Shown here: in pieces, positions 36,462 through 46,845 of the stretch | How the letters are laid out: every line of letters begins with the position of its first letter | Position numbering within the stretch: position 1 is the first letter of the stretch | Position numbers and translations under genes: made by a program | IMG/VR virus record: IMGVR_UViG_3300048861_000178 | Location: 160,001-224,000 of that record | Strand: one strand, 5' to 3' | DNA from: a virus | Lineage: Duplodnaviria; Caudoviricetes | DNA length: 64,000 nucleotides | Notes under the pieces: generated by a model | Told to the model about the DNA's origin: nothing | The model's database searches: none | The model's input: the letters and a program-made list of their open reading frames with translations, nothing else

Positions 36462-38492
36462 ATGAAGAAAGGAATTCGCATCACCATCGACGGCGCCAGC
36501 AACACTGGTAAGACGCTGCTCGCCTATGCCTTCTCGGAATTCTTGCGCCAGAACGGCGCGGAGGACGAGCAGATCTCGTTCTTCAATGACGGCATGCCGC
36601 CGCGGGAAGAATGTCAGCGCATTCTGGAAAATGCGATCGCCAATGGCGTCTTCAAGGATACCGAATTCGTCTTTGTTGAACGCAACGTGGGACGCTTGCA
36701 TCTGGTCGATGCCGGGATCGAAGGCACGGCCCGCTGGCAAGCGAAGCCAAAGAAGTATTTGCCAATCCACCAGAATGCGGCCCACGTTGACATGGAAATG
36801 GGGGTTGCCTATTCCTCTTCGCGTGACAATGCGCAGCGGGCCCGCCAGGAAGACGACAAACCCGTCGGCACGCTACTGAGCACGCATCTCGACGCCAGTG
36901 CCGTGCGTCGTAAATACGCCAAGCAACACATGCTCGATATGCAGAACAAGTCGAGCGAAGCGCAAGAATACCTGCAGCTCCAGGAAATCAAGCGCCAGAC
37001 CTTGCTGAACGAGATGCTCAAAGAACCGGCACTCGTGCCCATTCTTGGTGAATTCCGGATCAACACCGTTCACCTTATCCCGCCGCTCGCGCAGGAGAGC
37101 TACCTGGGTTACCGCAAGAGGGAGTTCGAGGACAACGATACCCTGCCGCAGTTGGACGTGTTTATTTCGCGCTGGGATCGTCAACCGGTCACGCAGCAGG
37201 ATATGGTGCGCCTCTACACGGCCTTCAAGCCGGGCTTCCCGGAGATCTGCCTCAACCGCAAGCTGCAGAACTCCGGTATCTCGGGCGCGCATGTGTCTGG
37301 CTCGACGCCGTTGTTCAATCTGACAGCCCATAGTGCGCTGGCGCGAGCAGGTCGGGATGCATTGCAAGCCATGACAAGCCAGCAAGCTCGGGCATCTTCT
37401 CCGATCCTGGAAACCCTGGATGATATCACCCGGAACCATTTCGCTGTGCGAGCCACCGATGCGCGTGCTTTCAGGCCTGAAGGAGGCTGGCCTGGAGAGT
37501 TTGGTGGTACTGTCCTGGGTCATCCGCTGGGGCACGATAATGGCGACCACAACGGCGAGCTGGAGTCGGGTTTCAAGTACCAGATGCAGATCCATCCGCT
37601 CACCGGTGAAACGCGTGAACAGATGCTGGTACGTGCTCAGTCATTCATCCGCGGGATGCATATCGGCGGGGGTGAAATGGCATTCGACTATTCGAACCTA
37701 CCGGTTGATCTGACGTTCGATAACCAGTGCGGGGTGCGCTGGAAGACCGAAGCGGAGATGGCCCAGGTGCAAGCCGAAGTGGATGCGGTGTTCGAACAGG
37801 CTCATGACGCGCCTTTGTCGATGAGCAAAGAGTATTACTTCGACGCGTTTGGGGGCCTGCGCGCTTCGTATGAAGCACCGGGCGCTAACGGCGAGTTCGG
37901 CCGCCTTCTCGCTCAGCTACATTCAGCGGGTCATCGCGAACTGATGCAAAAGTTCACCCTTCATAGCCTCGTCAATCTCTCGAACGACGAAGCCCAACAA
38001 CAGAAGTGGAACCACAAGCGGAGGAACTTCATCATTCGTGGAACGAATAGGCAGTTCCATGAAGTAAAGTTCCTGGCGGAGTTCAAACCGGCAGATGGCG
38101 TAACGAATGTTACGCCTTACATCGGCCAGTTGATCGAAGCCATGCATCAGTGTCGCCCGGAAGTGCTGGCTTACGTTACGTATCCGACAGGTCGGTGGCT
38201 GGAGCAGGACCGTAAGATCGTCAACCAGAGTGAGCTGGATCAGTATCCGGGGATTGATGGAATCGACTCGACGGCTGAGTTCGCATCGGAAGAAGAGCAA
38301 CGCAGAATGACCGAAGGAAGAAGTCCAATCTTCAGCAGACTGCCGCGCGGTATGAACCGTTCCATCACCCACATCGACGACGCAGGACTGTGGCCGGGCG
38401 GTGTTGCGCCGGTAGCCTCGCCTGCTGATCCGGTGTTGAAAGAACAGATGGACACGGTGGCTGCGAACCTGCTCAAGGTCCGTGACCAGTAA
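36462..38492 (+). CDS. multidomain protein with an N-terminal P-loop
   Basis: IRITIDGASNTGKT Walker A at the N-terminus; AGGAG SD. Confidence 0.75.
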   Translation: MKKGIRITIDGASNTGKTLLAYAFSEFLRQNGAEDEQISFFNDGMPPREECQRILENAIANGVFKDTEFVFVERNVGRLHLVDAGIEGTARWQAKPKKYLPIHQNAAHVDMEMGVAYSSSRDNAQRARQEDDKPVGTLLSTHLDASAVRRKYAKQHMLDMQNKSSEAQEYLQLQEIKRQTLLNEMLKEPALVPILGEFRINTVHLIPPLAQESYLGYRKREFEDNDTLPQLDVFISRWDRQPVTQQDMVRLYTAFKPGFPEICLNRKLQNSGISGAHVSGSTPLFNLTAHSALARAGRDALQAMTSQQARASSPILETLDDITRNHFAVRATDARAFRPEGGWPGEFGGTVLGHPLGHDNGDHNGELESGFKYQMQIHPLTGETREQMLVRAQSFIRGMHIGGGEMAFDYSNLPVDLTFDNQCGVRWKTEAEMAQVQAEVDAVFEQAHDAPLSMSKEYYFDAFGGLRASYEAPGANGEFGRLLAQLHSAGHRELMQKFTLHSLVNLSNDEAQQQKWNHKRRNFIIRGTNRQFHEVKFLAEFKPADGVTNVTPYIGQLIEAMHQCRPEVLAYVTYPTGRWLEQDRKIVNQSELDQYPGIDGIDSTAEFASEEEQRRMTEGRSPIFSRLPRGMNRSITHIDDAGLWPGGVAPVASPADPVLKEQMDTVAANLLKVRDQ

Positions 38493-38561
38493 CTGAACAA
38501 CGGGGCCGTGCGATGGGGCCAATAATAACAAATCCAAACGGCGTGCTCGACACGCCTTCGA

Positions 38562-38620
38562 CGGCATAAACGCCCAGGAGACCTTCGGGTCTCCTGGGCT
38601 CTATGACCGTCTTTTTTTTT
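38562..38620. terminator. terminator between convergent genes
   Basis: CGGCATA..GCCCAGGAGACC-TTCG-GGTCTCCTGGGC-TCTATG...T9. Confidence 0.8.
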
Positions 38621-38624
38621 GGTC

Positions 38625-41489
38625 TTAGACTTGCGGTTCTGCTGCGCCTTGGTCTTCCGGCTTGTCATCTTCCGGATTCAAAGGTGATTCATCGGTCGTG
38701 CTGGCGGCGCCACCGAGGTTAAAGGGATCGTCACCGCCCCCTGCACCACCCATGTCGAAACCACCACCGCCAAAGTCATCACTGCCACCCAAGCCACCCA
38801 GACCGGTGTCGCCACCCATGGACATGTCACCGCCCATGCTACCGCCACCCATGTCACCCATCCCGCCTCCCATCCCGCCGCTGTTCTGGTCGGTCGCCTG
38901 ACGCTTGGCGTTGTTCAGCCCCGCTGCATCCTTGATCGGCTTCATGCCATTCATGAAGTGGTCCATGCTCAGGATCATGTTGCTGGTGTGATCCTGGAAC
39001 GCATCCCACAGGTTGAGCTTCGGCTTGCCGTCATCATCCAGCGTGTTCAGATCGGAGAGCTCCGGCAGCACGCCATTCTCACCCATCCACTTACGCATGA
39101 AGTAGGCCTTGGCCATCTCCTTGAGCGAACCCGCGTAGTTGCTGAGGTCGCCCGTGGTGTCGGACGTGAGGAAGTTCGTCGAGATGTAGTAGTCGAGGCC
39201 CTGATCAAGCGACTTCGAGTACGTATCCATGGCCGCCAGTTGGTTCTCCAGCGTCACGCTGTTCGGCTTCGGCAGGCTGACTTCCAGACCCATCACAAAG
39301 TCGTACAGGAGCTGCTGAATCACCAGTTCCTTCGGCTGACCACCCAAGTGCGACCGATATGTCGGATCGTCCTTATGGGCCTCGTCTTGCTTCTTCAACC
39401 GCTCCAGCAGCTTATCGGCGCTCGCCTCCAGAATCGCCCGCAGATCCCGAATGAGCTCTTCATCATTCATCATGACCTTACGCACGTGATCTGCCAGTTG
39501 TGGCTCGATCACTTCCTGAATGTTCATCACTCGCTTGGACAAGAGGATGTTGTTAGTCAGGACCGAAGTCGCGAACTCCGCTTCGAAGGCCGCATCAACG
39601 GACTGCGGGGTGAGACCCAGGCCCATGATCGAGCGCTTGCGCAGATCATCGTCGAGCTCCGTGTCGGGCTTCACGTAGCTGGTGTTCTTTTCCCCAAACT
39701 CCACCGTCATGTCCGGGAGTCCAGGATGGCCTTCCGGGACGAACTCAAAGCCCGCCCGCTGCACCCAGTCCACGATATCCATCGGCGAGTTGGTGCCCAC
39801 CGGGAACGCTTGCTGACGGCTGCGTAGGATTTCATGCACCACGCGCTCAAAGGTCTTCTGCGGGTCAGGATCGTGCTCATCCATCTTGATCTTGACCTCA
39901 GTGCGACCCATCGAGTTCTTGACGGCCGCCATCACGTTGGCAAACAAGAGCATCGAGCGCAGCGAGTTGATGATCTTCAGGTCATCGAGCATTGACTTAC
40001 CCATGCCGTCGCCGTTATAGCGCAGCGCGAAGTACGTCATGAACTCGATCGGCATGAAGAGCAGCTGCGTGTGTTGCTTGGCGAGTGCCCGTGCAAACAT
40101 GATACGGTACACTTCTTCACGCTTAGCCAGAGCCACGCCGTTGCCGTAGACACCATTACGCAGGCGAGCGAGCAGATCCTGCTCGATCATTTCACCGTAC
40201 ACACGCGCCGAATAATCCAGGTGGGCGTTATTGGTGTTATCGAACCCCTGCATGTTCGCCTTGACCTTTTGCAGCATGGCCGAAGGGAACGAACCGCCAG
40301 AGTTCATCCGGGCGTTCAATTGCTGGTAGTAGTCGATGTCGGCAATGCGCTGAATCGGGTGACCGTCTTCATCGATCAAGATGAAGAAGCCCACGTGCTG
40401 CTCAACGTTACCTGGCACGAACACTGGAATGACTGCTTCCGAGGGCAAGTGCATGATGAGCGGCGCACCGACAGTCCGGCGATTGAGCTGCTCCTGGGTT
40501 TTCAGCGTCGTGATCGGCTTGTACTGGTAGTTACGATCCCGATAGATCATCCCAGCCAGTTCCCGATCATTGGGCTTGTGCTGCTGGACCTGATGCGTCG
40601 GGCTCGGCACGCCATACGCTTCGGTCGCGGTCTTCATGGTACGCGACAGACCGTTGCGCGCGCCCAGCAGTTCCATCACGCGGTTTTCGCGGATCTTCTG
40701 GTACAGCATCGGCACCTTGAGCAACGACGGGTTATCGGTGACCGTCGTATAGGTTTCCTGCGCGATGTTATCGAACGCTTTCTCGAGCGTCACATCGGTG
40801 CGATAGGTCGTGTCGAACTTGAACGTCTCGAGCGACTCCATCGAGAGCGCCGCACCCTGACGCACTTGCGTGGGCTTGGTCTTGGTGACCGGACCCAGCA
40901 GACCGAGGGGCTTGATCCGACCATCATTGTGAAAGTGCTCGACGAGCGACTCCATCGAGACTTTGCGATTGGAGTTGATCACATCGTCAATCGAATTCTC
41001 GGGAATCACCGCGACCGGATACGAGCCCGTCTCAGCCAGAACATCACGCAGCATCCGAGGAAGGACCTGCTTTATTTTATAGTTCTGTTCAAAATGGACG
41101 CGAACACGATTGGTCATTGCCGTGTTCACTTCCGGCGGGACCAGGTTCTCCGGAGCTTTATATGTCAGCTCCACGGTCATCATGTCTTTCGGTGAAAGTA
41201 CCGAGGACACGAGGATCTGAATCGCCAGTTCGAGTTCAGGTAACGTCTGGAGCACGGTCTGTGCATCCGAGATGTTTTGAACCGTATTATCCGAGACGTT
41301 CTTCAATGCCTGGATCGACGGATTGTCCGTCGTCATGTTTCCAGAGCTGTCGTACCGGGGAGGCGTTTTGCCATGGACCATCTTGCTGATGGTGGCGGCC
41401 ATGCCTGGGTCTTGACGAACCAGGGACATCGCCGAATAGCGTTTGCCACTGCCAGCAAGCGCAATGGCTTCCTTCAACGCTTTGGACAT
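38625..41489 (-). CDS. portal protein (phiKZ gp129-like)
   Basis: 954 aa; LPELELA.QILVSSVLSPKDM, LPSEAVIPV..PG...HVGFF.LIDE.G; SME sites; divergent from the gp128-like gene. Confidence 0.8.
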   Translation of the reverse strand: MSKALKEAIALAGSGKRYSAMSLVRQDPGMAATISKMVHGKTPPRYDSSGNMTTDNPSIQALKNVSDNTVQNISDAQTVLQTLPELELAIQILVSSVLSPKDMMTVELTYKAPENLVPPEVNTAMTNRVRVHFEQNYKIKQVLPRMLRDVLAETGSYPVAVIPENSIDDVINSNRKVSMESLVEHFHNDGRIKPLGLLGPVTKTKPTQVRQGAALSMESLETFKFDTTYRTDVTLEKAFDNIAQETYTTVTDNPSLLKVPMLYQKIRENRVMELLGARNGLSRTMKTATEAYGVPSPTHQVQQHKPNDRELAGMIYRDRNYQYKPITTLKTQEQLNRRTVGAPLIMHLPSEAVIPVFVPGNVEQHVGFFILIDEDGHPIQRIADIDYYQQLNARMNSGGSFPSAMLQKVKANMQGFDNTNNAHLDYSARVYGEMIEQDLLARLRNGVYGNGVALAKREEVYRIMFARALAKQHTQLLFMPIEFMTYFALRYNGDGMGKSMLDDLKIINSLRSMLLFANVMAAVKNSMGRTEVKIKMDEHDPDPQKTFERVVHEILRSRQQAFPVGTNSPMDIVDWVQRAGFEFVPEGHPGLPDMTVEFGEKNTSYVKPDTELDDDLRKRSIMGLGLTPQSVDAAFEAEFATSVLTNNILLSKRVMNIQEVIEPQLADHVRKVMMNDEELIRDLRAILEASADKLLERLKKQDEAHKDDPTYRSHLGGQPKELVIQQLLYDFVMGLEVSLPKPNSVTLENQLAAMDTYSKSLDQGLDYYISTNFLTSDTTGDLSNYAGSLKEMAKAYFMRKWMGENGVLPELSDLNTLDDDGKPKLNLWDAFQDHTSNMILSMDHFMNGMKPIKDAAGLNNAKRQATDQNSGGMGGGMGDMGGGSMGGDMSMGGDTGLGGLGGSDDFGGGGFDMGGAGGGDDPFNLGGAASTTDESPLNPEDDKPEDQGAAEPQV

Positions 41490-41557
41490 TTGAACCTCAA
41501 CGAAAGATAGCCCTTGAAAAACAAGGACTGCATGTTATTGAAATAAGGGGCGCCGTT

Positions 41558-43918
41558 ATGGCCGCGACAACTAGTACCTCGAATCAGTATCAGGTCTATC
41601 TCGACAGTGTACTCGCGTTGGCCCGATACATTGTCGTCAAGTCGTCAGCCGTGGCTGATGCAATCAACACGTATATCAGCGGCGTTTATGGGGTAGATCA
41701 GGTCAATGACCTGGACCCCACGACGTGGCGCTACTATATGAATTTGTCTGGCCAGTATCACTTCGCCGACACGATGATGTATGTCGTCTCGATGGATACG
41801 CTAGAAACGATCGAATTCACGGTCGAGAATCTGGCGCTACACCGCGCGACGGCGAAGGCCTACCAGTTTGGCCAACGTGACTATCTGGCGCTGGTGGCCC
41901 AGTATCCGACCCAGGTCACCCTCATCAACGGGATCTTGAATCCGGTTGACATCGACGACGCCATCACCGCCGCCGATGGGAAGATCTTGGCCTACCCGAG
42001 TAGCCTGGTCGAATTCAATGAGTACAGCCTCATCGACAAGCTGCAGCGCTGGATCGACGGCTTCAAAACGCGCTGGGTGAATCTCGCCTACACGGTCTCA
42101 GACGACATGTACGTCCCCTTTACCCTGGGGATCATGTACGCGTTGCTGCCGCAGGTGATTTTGTCGCTGCGCCTGGAAGCCTGTAAGACCAATGAGGCGC
42201 ATAGCTTTCACGTGCGTCAGTACCTCCTGAGCCATGGCCTGCTGGATCTGTACCTCGATCAGCTGACGACCAAACAGTCGCTCGAGCTATATCGGAACAT
42301 CAACTACCTGGAGCGTAACGCCGGGCAGTCGGAGATCTTCGAGTGGCTCGTGGACCATATCATGACCGAGCGTAATTTGCCCCTGGCAAAGTACACCATG
42401 CGGCATGACGTGTCTCAGATGCCTACGGATCTCTATCCGACCATTACGTTTACGCGTGATCCGGTCAATCTGGGCTACAACCTGGATAGCATCAATGAGA
42501 TCACGCTGGACGAGATGCTGATCAAGGAACGACCCGTTGCGCGTGACAATGAGAAGTACGAGGGCGACTACGAGCCGAAGATTCTGGAGGCGATGCAAAA
42601 TTCGCTCTCCAATGAGTTGCCGACCAAGGCGCTTGAGTCGTCGATGATCGACTACACGGGCAGCGTCAAGTATCCGCTCTCCGAAATCCTGGTCAACAAC
42701 TGGTTGTGGCTCTCAAGCCTGGGGTATTACAATTCGGCCGTGCAGTTCACCAATCCAGCCACCGGTGAGACGGTGCCTTTGTTTGCGAAGGATGCGTTCT
42801 GTCTCGCCTGGTATGCACTGAACGCTTCGATTGGGATTACGCTCGATGTGATCCCGCCGATGTTTGCGCAGCGCGTGCCGCGCCTGCCGACACCCAGCGT
42901 CGACGCGATGGCAGCAGTCTGTGACATGAGCAAGGTGGATCGGGCGACGTTGCAGGAGATCCATGACTTGATGCCGTTGATCAAGCCATCGTCGACCTTC
43001 CTCTCGACCGAGGCGTTCTATAGCCTGTGTCAGCAGATCTACACCGCAGCCAATCAGCAAGACGGTTTGGTGTCGTATCAGGAACACATGGAAGTGCGCG
43101 GCTATGTGAAGAATGCCACCTCGCTCTTGTGGAGCGACAATCTGTGCTACGTCGCTGATCCGGGGGATAACTACTCGGCTTGGTTTGCAGCGCGCAACCT
43201 GGACGTGGCAGCGTTCTCGCAAACCGAGTGGGGTTCACTCTACGCGGAAATCGTCGCGCACGCCACGGGTCAGGATCTCATCACCACGCCCAGTGTCGCG
43301 AATATCCAGAAGGCGATGATTGGCATGATGGAGCAGCTCTCGAGCTACTCGATTCAATTCATGTCCAACATCAACGATTCGACTATCGTGCCCGGTGAAT
43401 GGGCGGCGATTCGAGTCGGGGATGCGCGCGGTCATCAGGCCAACGAGATGGATGCAACGGATCTTGGTGTACGGGCGCTCGATCAACACCCGCACTTTAA
43501 GAATTCGCTTGAGAACCAGGTGACCAAGTACACGCCGATCCATGATCGACATGTGTCTATGGCCAACCACGTGAAACTGGCGATCAAGAATCCGTGGCAT
43601 GAAGTCAGCAGCAACTTGCAGCACACCTTCTTCAATGCAGGTAAGGTGCGCTTTAGGATGCATGATTGCGACTGCGCCGCGCCTAACCCCAGTCAGGCGA
43701 TTGTGGTGCCGGGCTTGTGTGACTGGCTGAATCTGCCTGCAGGCGAGCAGCAAAAGATCACGGACATCTGGGGCAATGACTTCCAACCCACAGTGCCGGA
43801 TAACCAAACGACGATGCTGTCGAGCGTAATTCGTACCGGCTATCTCACCGGTTTGATTTACCACCAGCCCGATGGAACGATTAACGTCATTCCACAGCTC
43901 GACCTCGATGGCTTTTAA
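41558..43918 (+). CDS. virion structural/baseplate protein (phiKZ gp128-like)
   Basis: P.TWRYY.NLSGQYH..D..M...S.DT, LEACKTNEAHSFH, LYRNI.YL..NAG. Confidence 0.8.
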   Translation: MAATTSTSNQYQVYLDSVLALARYIVVKSSAVADAINTYISGVYGVDQVNDLDPTTWRYYMNLSGQYHFADTMMYVVSMDTLETIEFTVENLALHRATAKAYQFGQRDYLALVAQYPTQVTLINGILNPVDIDDAITAADGKILAYPSSLVEFNEYSLIDKLQRWIDGFKTRWVNLAYTVSDDMYVPFTLGIMYALLPQVILSLRLEACKTNEAHSFHVRQYLLSHGLLDLYLDQLTTKQSLELYRNINYLERNAGQSEIFEWLVDHIMTERNLPLAKYTMRHDVSQMPTDLYPTITFTRDPVNLGYNLDSINEITLDEMLIKERPVARDNEKYEGDYEPKILEAMQNSLSNELPTKALESSMIDYTGSVKYPLSEILVNNWLWLSSLGYYNSAVQFTNPATGETVPLFAKDAFCLAWYALNASIGITLDVIPPMFAQRVPRLPTPSVDAMAAVCDMSKVDRATLQEIHDLMPLIKPSSTFLSTEAFYSLCQQIYTAANQQDGLVSYQEHMEVRGYVKNATSLLWSDNLCYVADPGDNYSAWFAARNLDVAAFSQTEWGSLYAEIVAHATGQDLITTPSVANIQKAMIGMMEQLSSYSIQFMSNINDSTIVPGEWAAIRVGDARGHQANEMDATDLGVRALDQHPHFKNSLENQVTKYTPIHDRHVSMANHVKLAIKNPWHEVSSNLQHTFFNAGKVRFRMHDCDCAAPNPSQAIVVPGLCDWLNLPAGEQQKITDIWGNDFQPTVPDNQTTMLSSVIRTGYLTGLIYHQPDGTINVIPQLDLDGF

Positions 43919-43984
43919 GCACGGGCCAATTGATCGCAAATAGTGTGATTAAGTAATCTGTGACACCCTTTTTCAGGTAAGAGA

Positions 43985-44869
43985 ATGGACAATATCGTAC
44001 GCACCGTGTACGGCAGCTATCTGCAGTCGTGCCAGCTCTTGGGGCTGCCGTTTGCACTGGCTACCAACAGCACGCTGAATGAAAAGTTTCAAGTGCAGCC
44101 GGGCGTTCTGCCCAACTCCGGGGTGCTGCCGACCTGCCGTTACTTTGCGATCGGTAATGGTGGTCACAAGCTGAACATCACCAATGGGTTGTACATCCCT
44201 GAGCCGATCCAGCACTTGACGACCGACGCAGCGCTCTACAACCACCTGCCGTTCGTGCTGCGGGAACCCACCAACGATTTGACGTCGGCCCAACAAGCCG
44301 CGTACGGTCTGCGCGTGGCGGAAACGCACAACGGCGTCAACTACATCGCCTACTACCTGAAGCGCATCGACTTTACGGGTGTGGCGGTTTCGATGCAGTA
44401 CAAGACGGTCAATGCAGACGGCTCGGTCACCACCACGCCGTTCCAGCCCGATACGTCGAACCTGAATCCGAACCCGCAAGCCCTGTCGCCCACCGGCGTG
44501 AATGTGGCTACCGGCGACTACGTGATGGCCTCGGCACCGGTACCGATTACGCTCACTGCTGATGACGTCACGGAAATTTTGAACGTCGCTAACATCATTT
44601 ATGGTGATCCGAACGCTGCGATCGTTTCCGAAATTGCGCTAGTCTCCGGCGTGGACAAGGTCATTGCAGTGGGTGGATCGGGACAACCCACGTTCAACTT
44701 CAAGGAAGTCATCGCCGCGCAAGTGGACACGTTTATCAATACCTTCTATGCGCTGAACTTCAGCCAAGACGGCGTCGAGAACGTGGTCGACTGTGGCGCG
44801 GTGGAACCCCTGTACAAGCTCACCTCCGGGACGGGCACGACATCGGGTTCGCAGACTACCACCAGCTGA
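43985..44869 (+). CDS. virion structural protein (phiKZ gp127-like)
   Basis: NSTLNEKF, YFAIGNGGH, H...DAALY..LPFVLRE..NDL, YYLKRI. Confidence 0.8.
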   Translation: MDNIVRTVYGSYLQSCQLLGLPFALATNSTLNEKFQVQPGVLPNSGVLPTCRYFAIGNGGHKLNITNGLYIPEPIQHLTTDAALYNHLPFVLREPTNDLTSAQQAAYGLRVAETHNGVNYIAYYLKRIDFTGVAVSMQYKTVNADGSVTTTPFQPDTSNLNPNPQALSPTGVNVATGDYVMASAPVPITLTADDVTEILNVANIIYGDPNAAIVSEIALVSGVDKVIAVGGSGQPTFNFKEVIAAQVDTFINTFYALNFSQDGVENVVDCGAVEPLYKLTSGTGTTSGSQTTTS

Positions 44870-44878
44870 GGCTAAGGC

Positions 44879-45457
44879 ATGTTAGTAATACCGGAAGGTG
44901 CATCCCCCATCGGATGCATCGTCGGTATCGATCCTGGGAGCGAGACACTTGGAATGGGTGCCTTGAGAGTAGACGTAGTGAAGCTCGAAATCATCGAGAG
45001 CACTGCGTTTACTTTCGTCGGGTCGAAACTGGCGAAAGACACCTGGTTTGGCGACACCCATGGTGCACGGGCTGAGCGTATTGCAGCCCACGAAGATAAC
45101 CTGGTGGAAATCTTCGAGTATTACCGTCCTAACCTAGTTGCATCAGAGTCTCCGTTTTACAGTCAATTTCGACCTCAGGCATACGGCGCATTGACAGAGA
45201 CTGTCGATGCGATCCGGAGTGCCTTATGGCGATACGACTGCTGGCTGTCGCTCTTTATGATCGACCCGCCCAGCGTGAAGAAAGCCGTGGGGGCAACCTC
45301 ACACGCGAAGAAGGATGAAGTCAAGGCAGCACTGATGCGTCTACCGGATTTAAACTACAACGGACCGGTGCCGCTTGAGATGCTGGATGAGCACTCGATC
45401 GACGCGCTCGCCGTGGCGTACTGTCGACTTAAAATCCTACGGGAGCAACACAGATGA
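44879..45457 (+). CDS. ruvC: RuvC-like Holliday junction resolvase
   Basis: IVGIDPG, ASESPF, P..VKKAVGA...AKKDEV, EHSIDALAVAY. Confidence 0.9.
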   Translation: MLVIPEGASPIGCIVGIDPGSETLGMGALRVDVVKLEIIESTAFTFVGSKLAKDTWFGDTHGARAERIAAHEDNLVEIFEYYRPNLVASESPFYSQFRPQAYGALTETVDAIRSALWRYDCWLSLFMIDPPSVKKAVGATSHAKKDEVKAALMRLPDLNYNGPVPLEMLDEHSIDALAVAYCRLKILREQHR

Positions 45458-45999
45458 GCACCCTCACATGGCAAATCAAACTCGCGATCGGGGCAGCAAT
45501 TATCGCGGTTATCGGACTGCTCGGCTGGTTCGCAGTGCACGAGTATCACACCGTGCTCAGTGATAACCAGAAGATCGGTTCAGACGCTGTGGTCATCAAA
45601 GGCCAGGCAACCACGATCGTTCAGCAGGCGAGTACCGCTGCGGTGACCGATGCGGTGGTGGCTTCGTCGGTGAAGGCCGATCAAGCAGCGGCTGCCACGG
45701 GTAGCAAGATCGACGCGTGGGTCGCAGACCAGACCAAGCAGATCGATTCGAAGTACGCCAATCCGACGACGAGTGTTGTCGCTCCGGCGACGTCGGTGTC
45801 GAGCACCGCCTCGAGCGCAGTGAAGCCTAAACCAGTTGTGCCGGTCAAGACCATTACCAGTGATCAAGCCGGTGACGTTGTGCCCGTGGGGCGTGACGCC
45901 GAAGTAAGCGCCGTTCAGCTCACGGGGAGTTGGATGAAGTATTGTGCGGCTATTGACAACGCTGATGCCAAGTGCACAGCACTGCCGCAAGCTCAGTAA
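45454..45999 (+). CDS. putative inner-membrane spanin (Rz-like)
   Basis: single N-terminal TM helix, Ala-rich helical domain, C-terminal Cys pair; lipoprotein gene follows. Confidence 0.6.
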   Translation: MSTLTWQIKLAIGAAIIAVIGLLGWFAVHEYHTVLSDNQKIGSDAVVIKGQATTIVQQASTAAVTDAVVASSVKADQAAAATGSKIDAWVADQTKQIDSKYANPTTSVVAPATSVSSTASSAVKPKPVVPVKTITSDQAGDVVPVGRDAEVSAVQLTGSWMKYCAAIDNADAKCTALPQAQ

Positions 46000-46015
46000 G
46001 AAGCGAGAGACCATC

Positions 46016-46348
46016 ATGAAAAAGACAATCCTGGCTGTGCTGGTGACAGCAAGCCTGGCGGGGTGTGCACAAACCTGTGTACCGGAACTGAAGAACCTGT
46101 ACGTCGCGCCACCTGACGCGCTGCTCGTGAAGGCCACGGTGGAAGCCCCACCTGATCAAACGAGCTACGGCACGCTCTCCTGGAAGCAGCGCAGCGACCT
46201 GTGGGAATCGAAGTACGATGCGCAAACGGCCAACGTCGCCACGGCCAATCGTCACATCGGTTCCTTGCAGGATTGGAAAACGCAGAACAACGCCGTCTTT
46301 GCGGCATCTCCGCAAGGGGCAAGCAATGTTAGTGGAACGCGTCCTTAA
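46016..46348 (+). CDS. putative outer-membrane spanin lipoprotein (Rz1-like)
   Basis: MKK + hydrophobic core + lipobox LAGC; PPDALL..A..E.PP. Confidence 0.7.
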   Translation: MKKTILAVLVTASLAGCAQTCVPELKNLYVAPPDALLVKATVEAPPDQTSYGTLSWKQRSDLWESKYDAQTANVATANRHIGSLQDWKTQNNAVFAASPQGASNVSGTRP

Positions 46349-46817
46349 GGGGATCAGCGACACGCGTGCGGTTTCGGACCACAAGCCAGGACGTCTGCCG
46401 GTGGATGTCTTGGTAGAAGCCTACAACAAGAAGGTTGCGCATGTCGATGAGCTGCCGAACATGACACCTCTGTCAACCGGACGAGAGTTGAAGGAGGCCA
46501 TTCTTGCGATGGACTCTGAAGACCAAGTCGAACTGCTGTATGTGTACTTGCAAGCAAGCGGTGAGCTTCCTGGTCCGCTGCCGGGCGTCCCAGTACCGAA
46601 GCCCGAGGTCGAGACGGAGGATCAGGAAGACCACAAGCTGAAGATCTTCCTCACGAAGGTAACCATTCTGCTCGCCTCGGCTGTCATCCTGATCGTGACT
46701 GGGGCTACGGCGATGGTCGCCGTCCGTGAAGGTCATGCTGCCAACAACCCCGCCCTGGTCGCACTCTGGCACACCGCCAAAGAAGTGCTTACCGTCATCA
46801 CTGGCGGAGAAGACTAA
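46326..46817 (+). CDS. membrane protein with C-terminal TM (possible holin-like)
   Basis: TM segment VTILLASAVILIVTGATAMVAV plus amphipathic tail; adjacent to spanin-like genes. Confidence 0.55.
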   Translation: MLVERVLKGISDTRAVSDHKPGRLPVDVLVEAYNKKVAHVDELPNMTPLSTGRELKEAILAMDSEDQVELLYVYLQASGELPGPLPGVPVPKPEVETEDQEDHKLKIFLTKVTILLASAVILIVTGATAMVAVREGHAANNPALVALWHTAKEVLTVITGGED

Positions 46818-46845
46818 ACCAGCGTGTAACAATTGGAGTAATACA

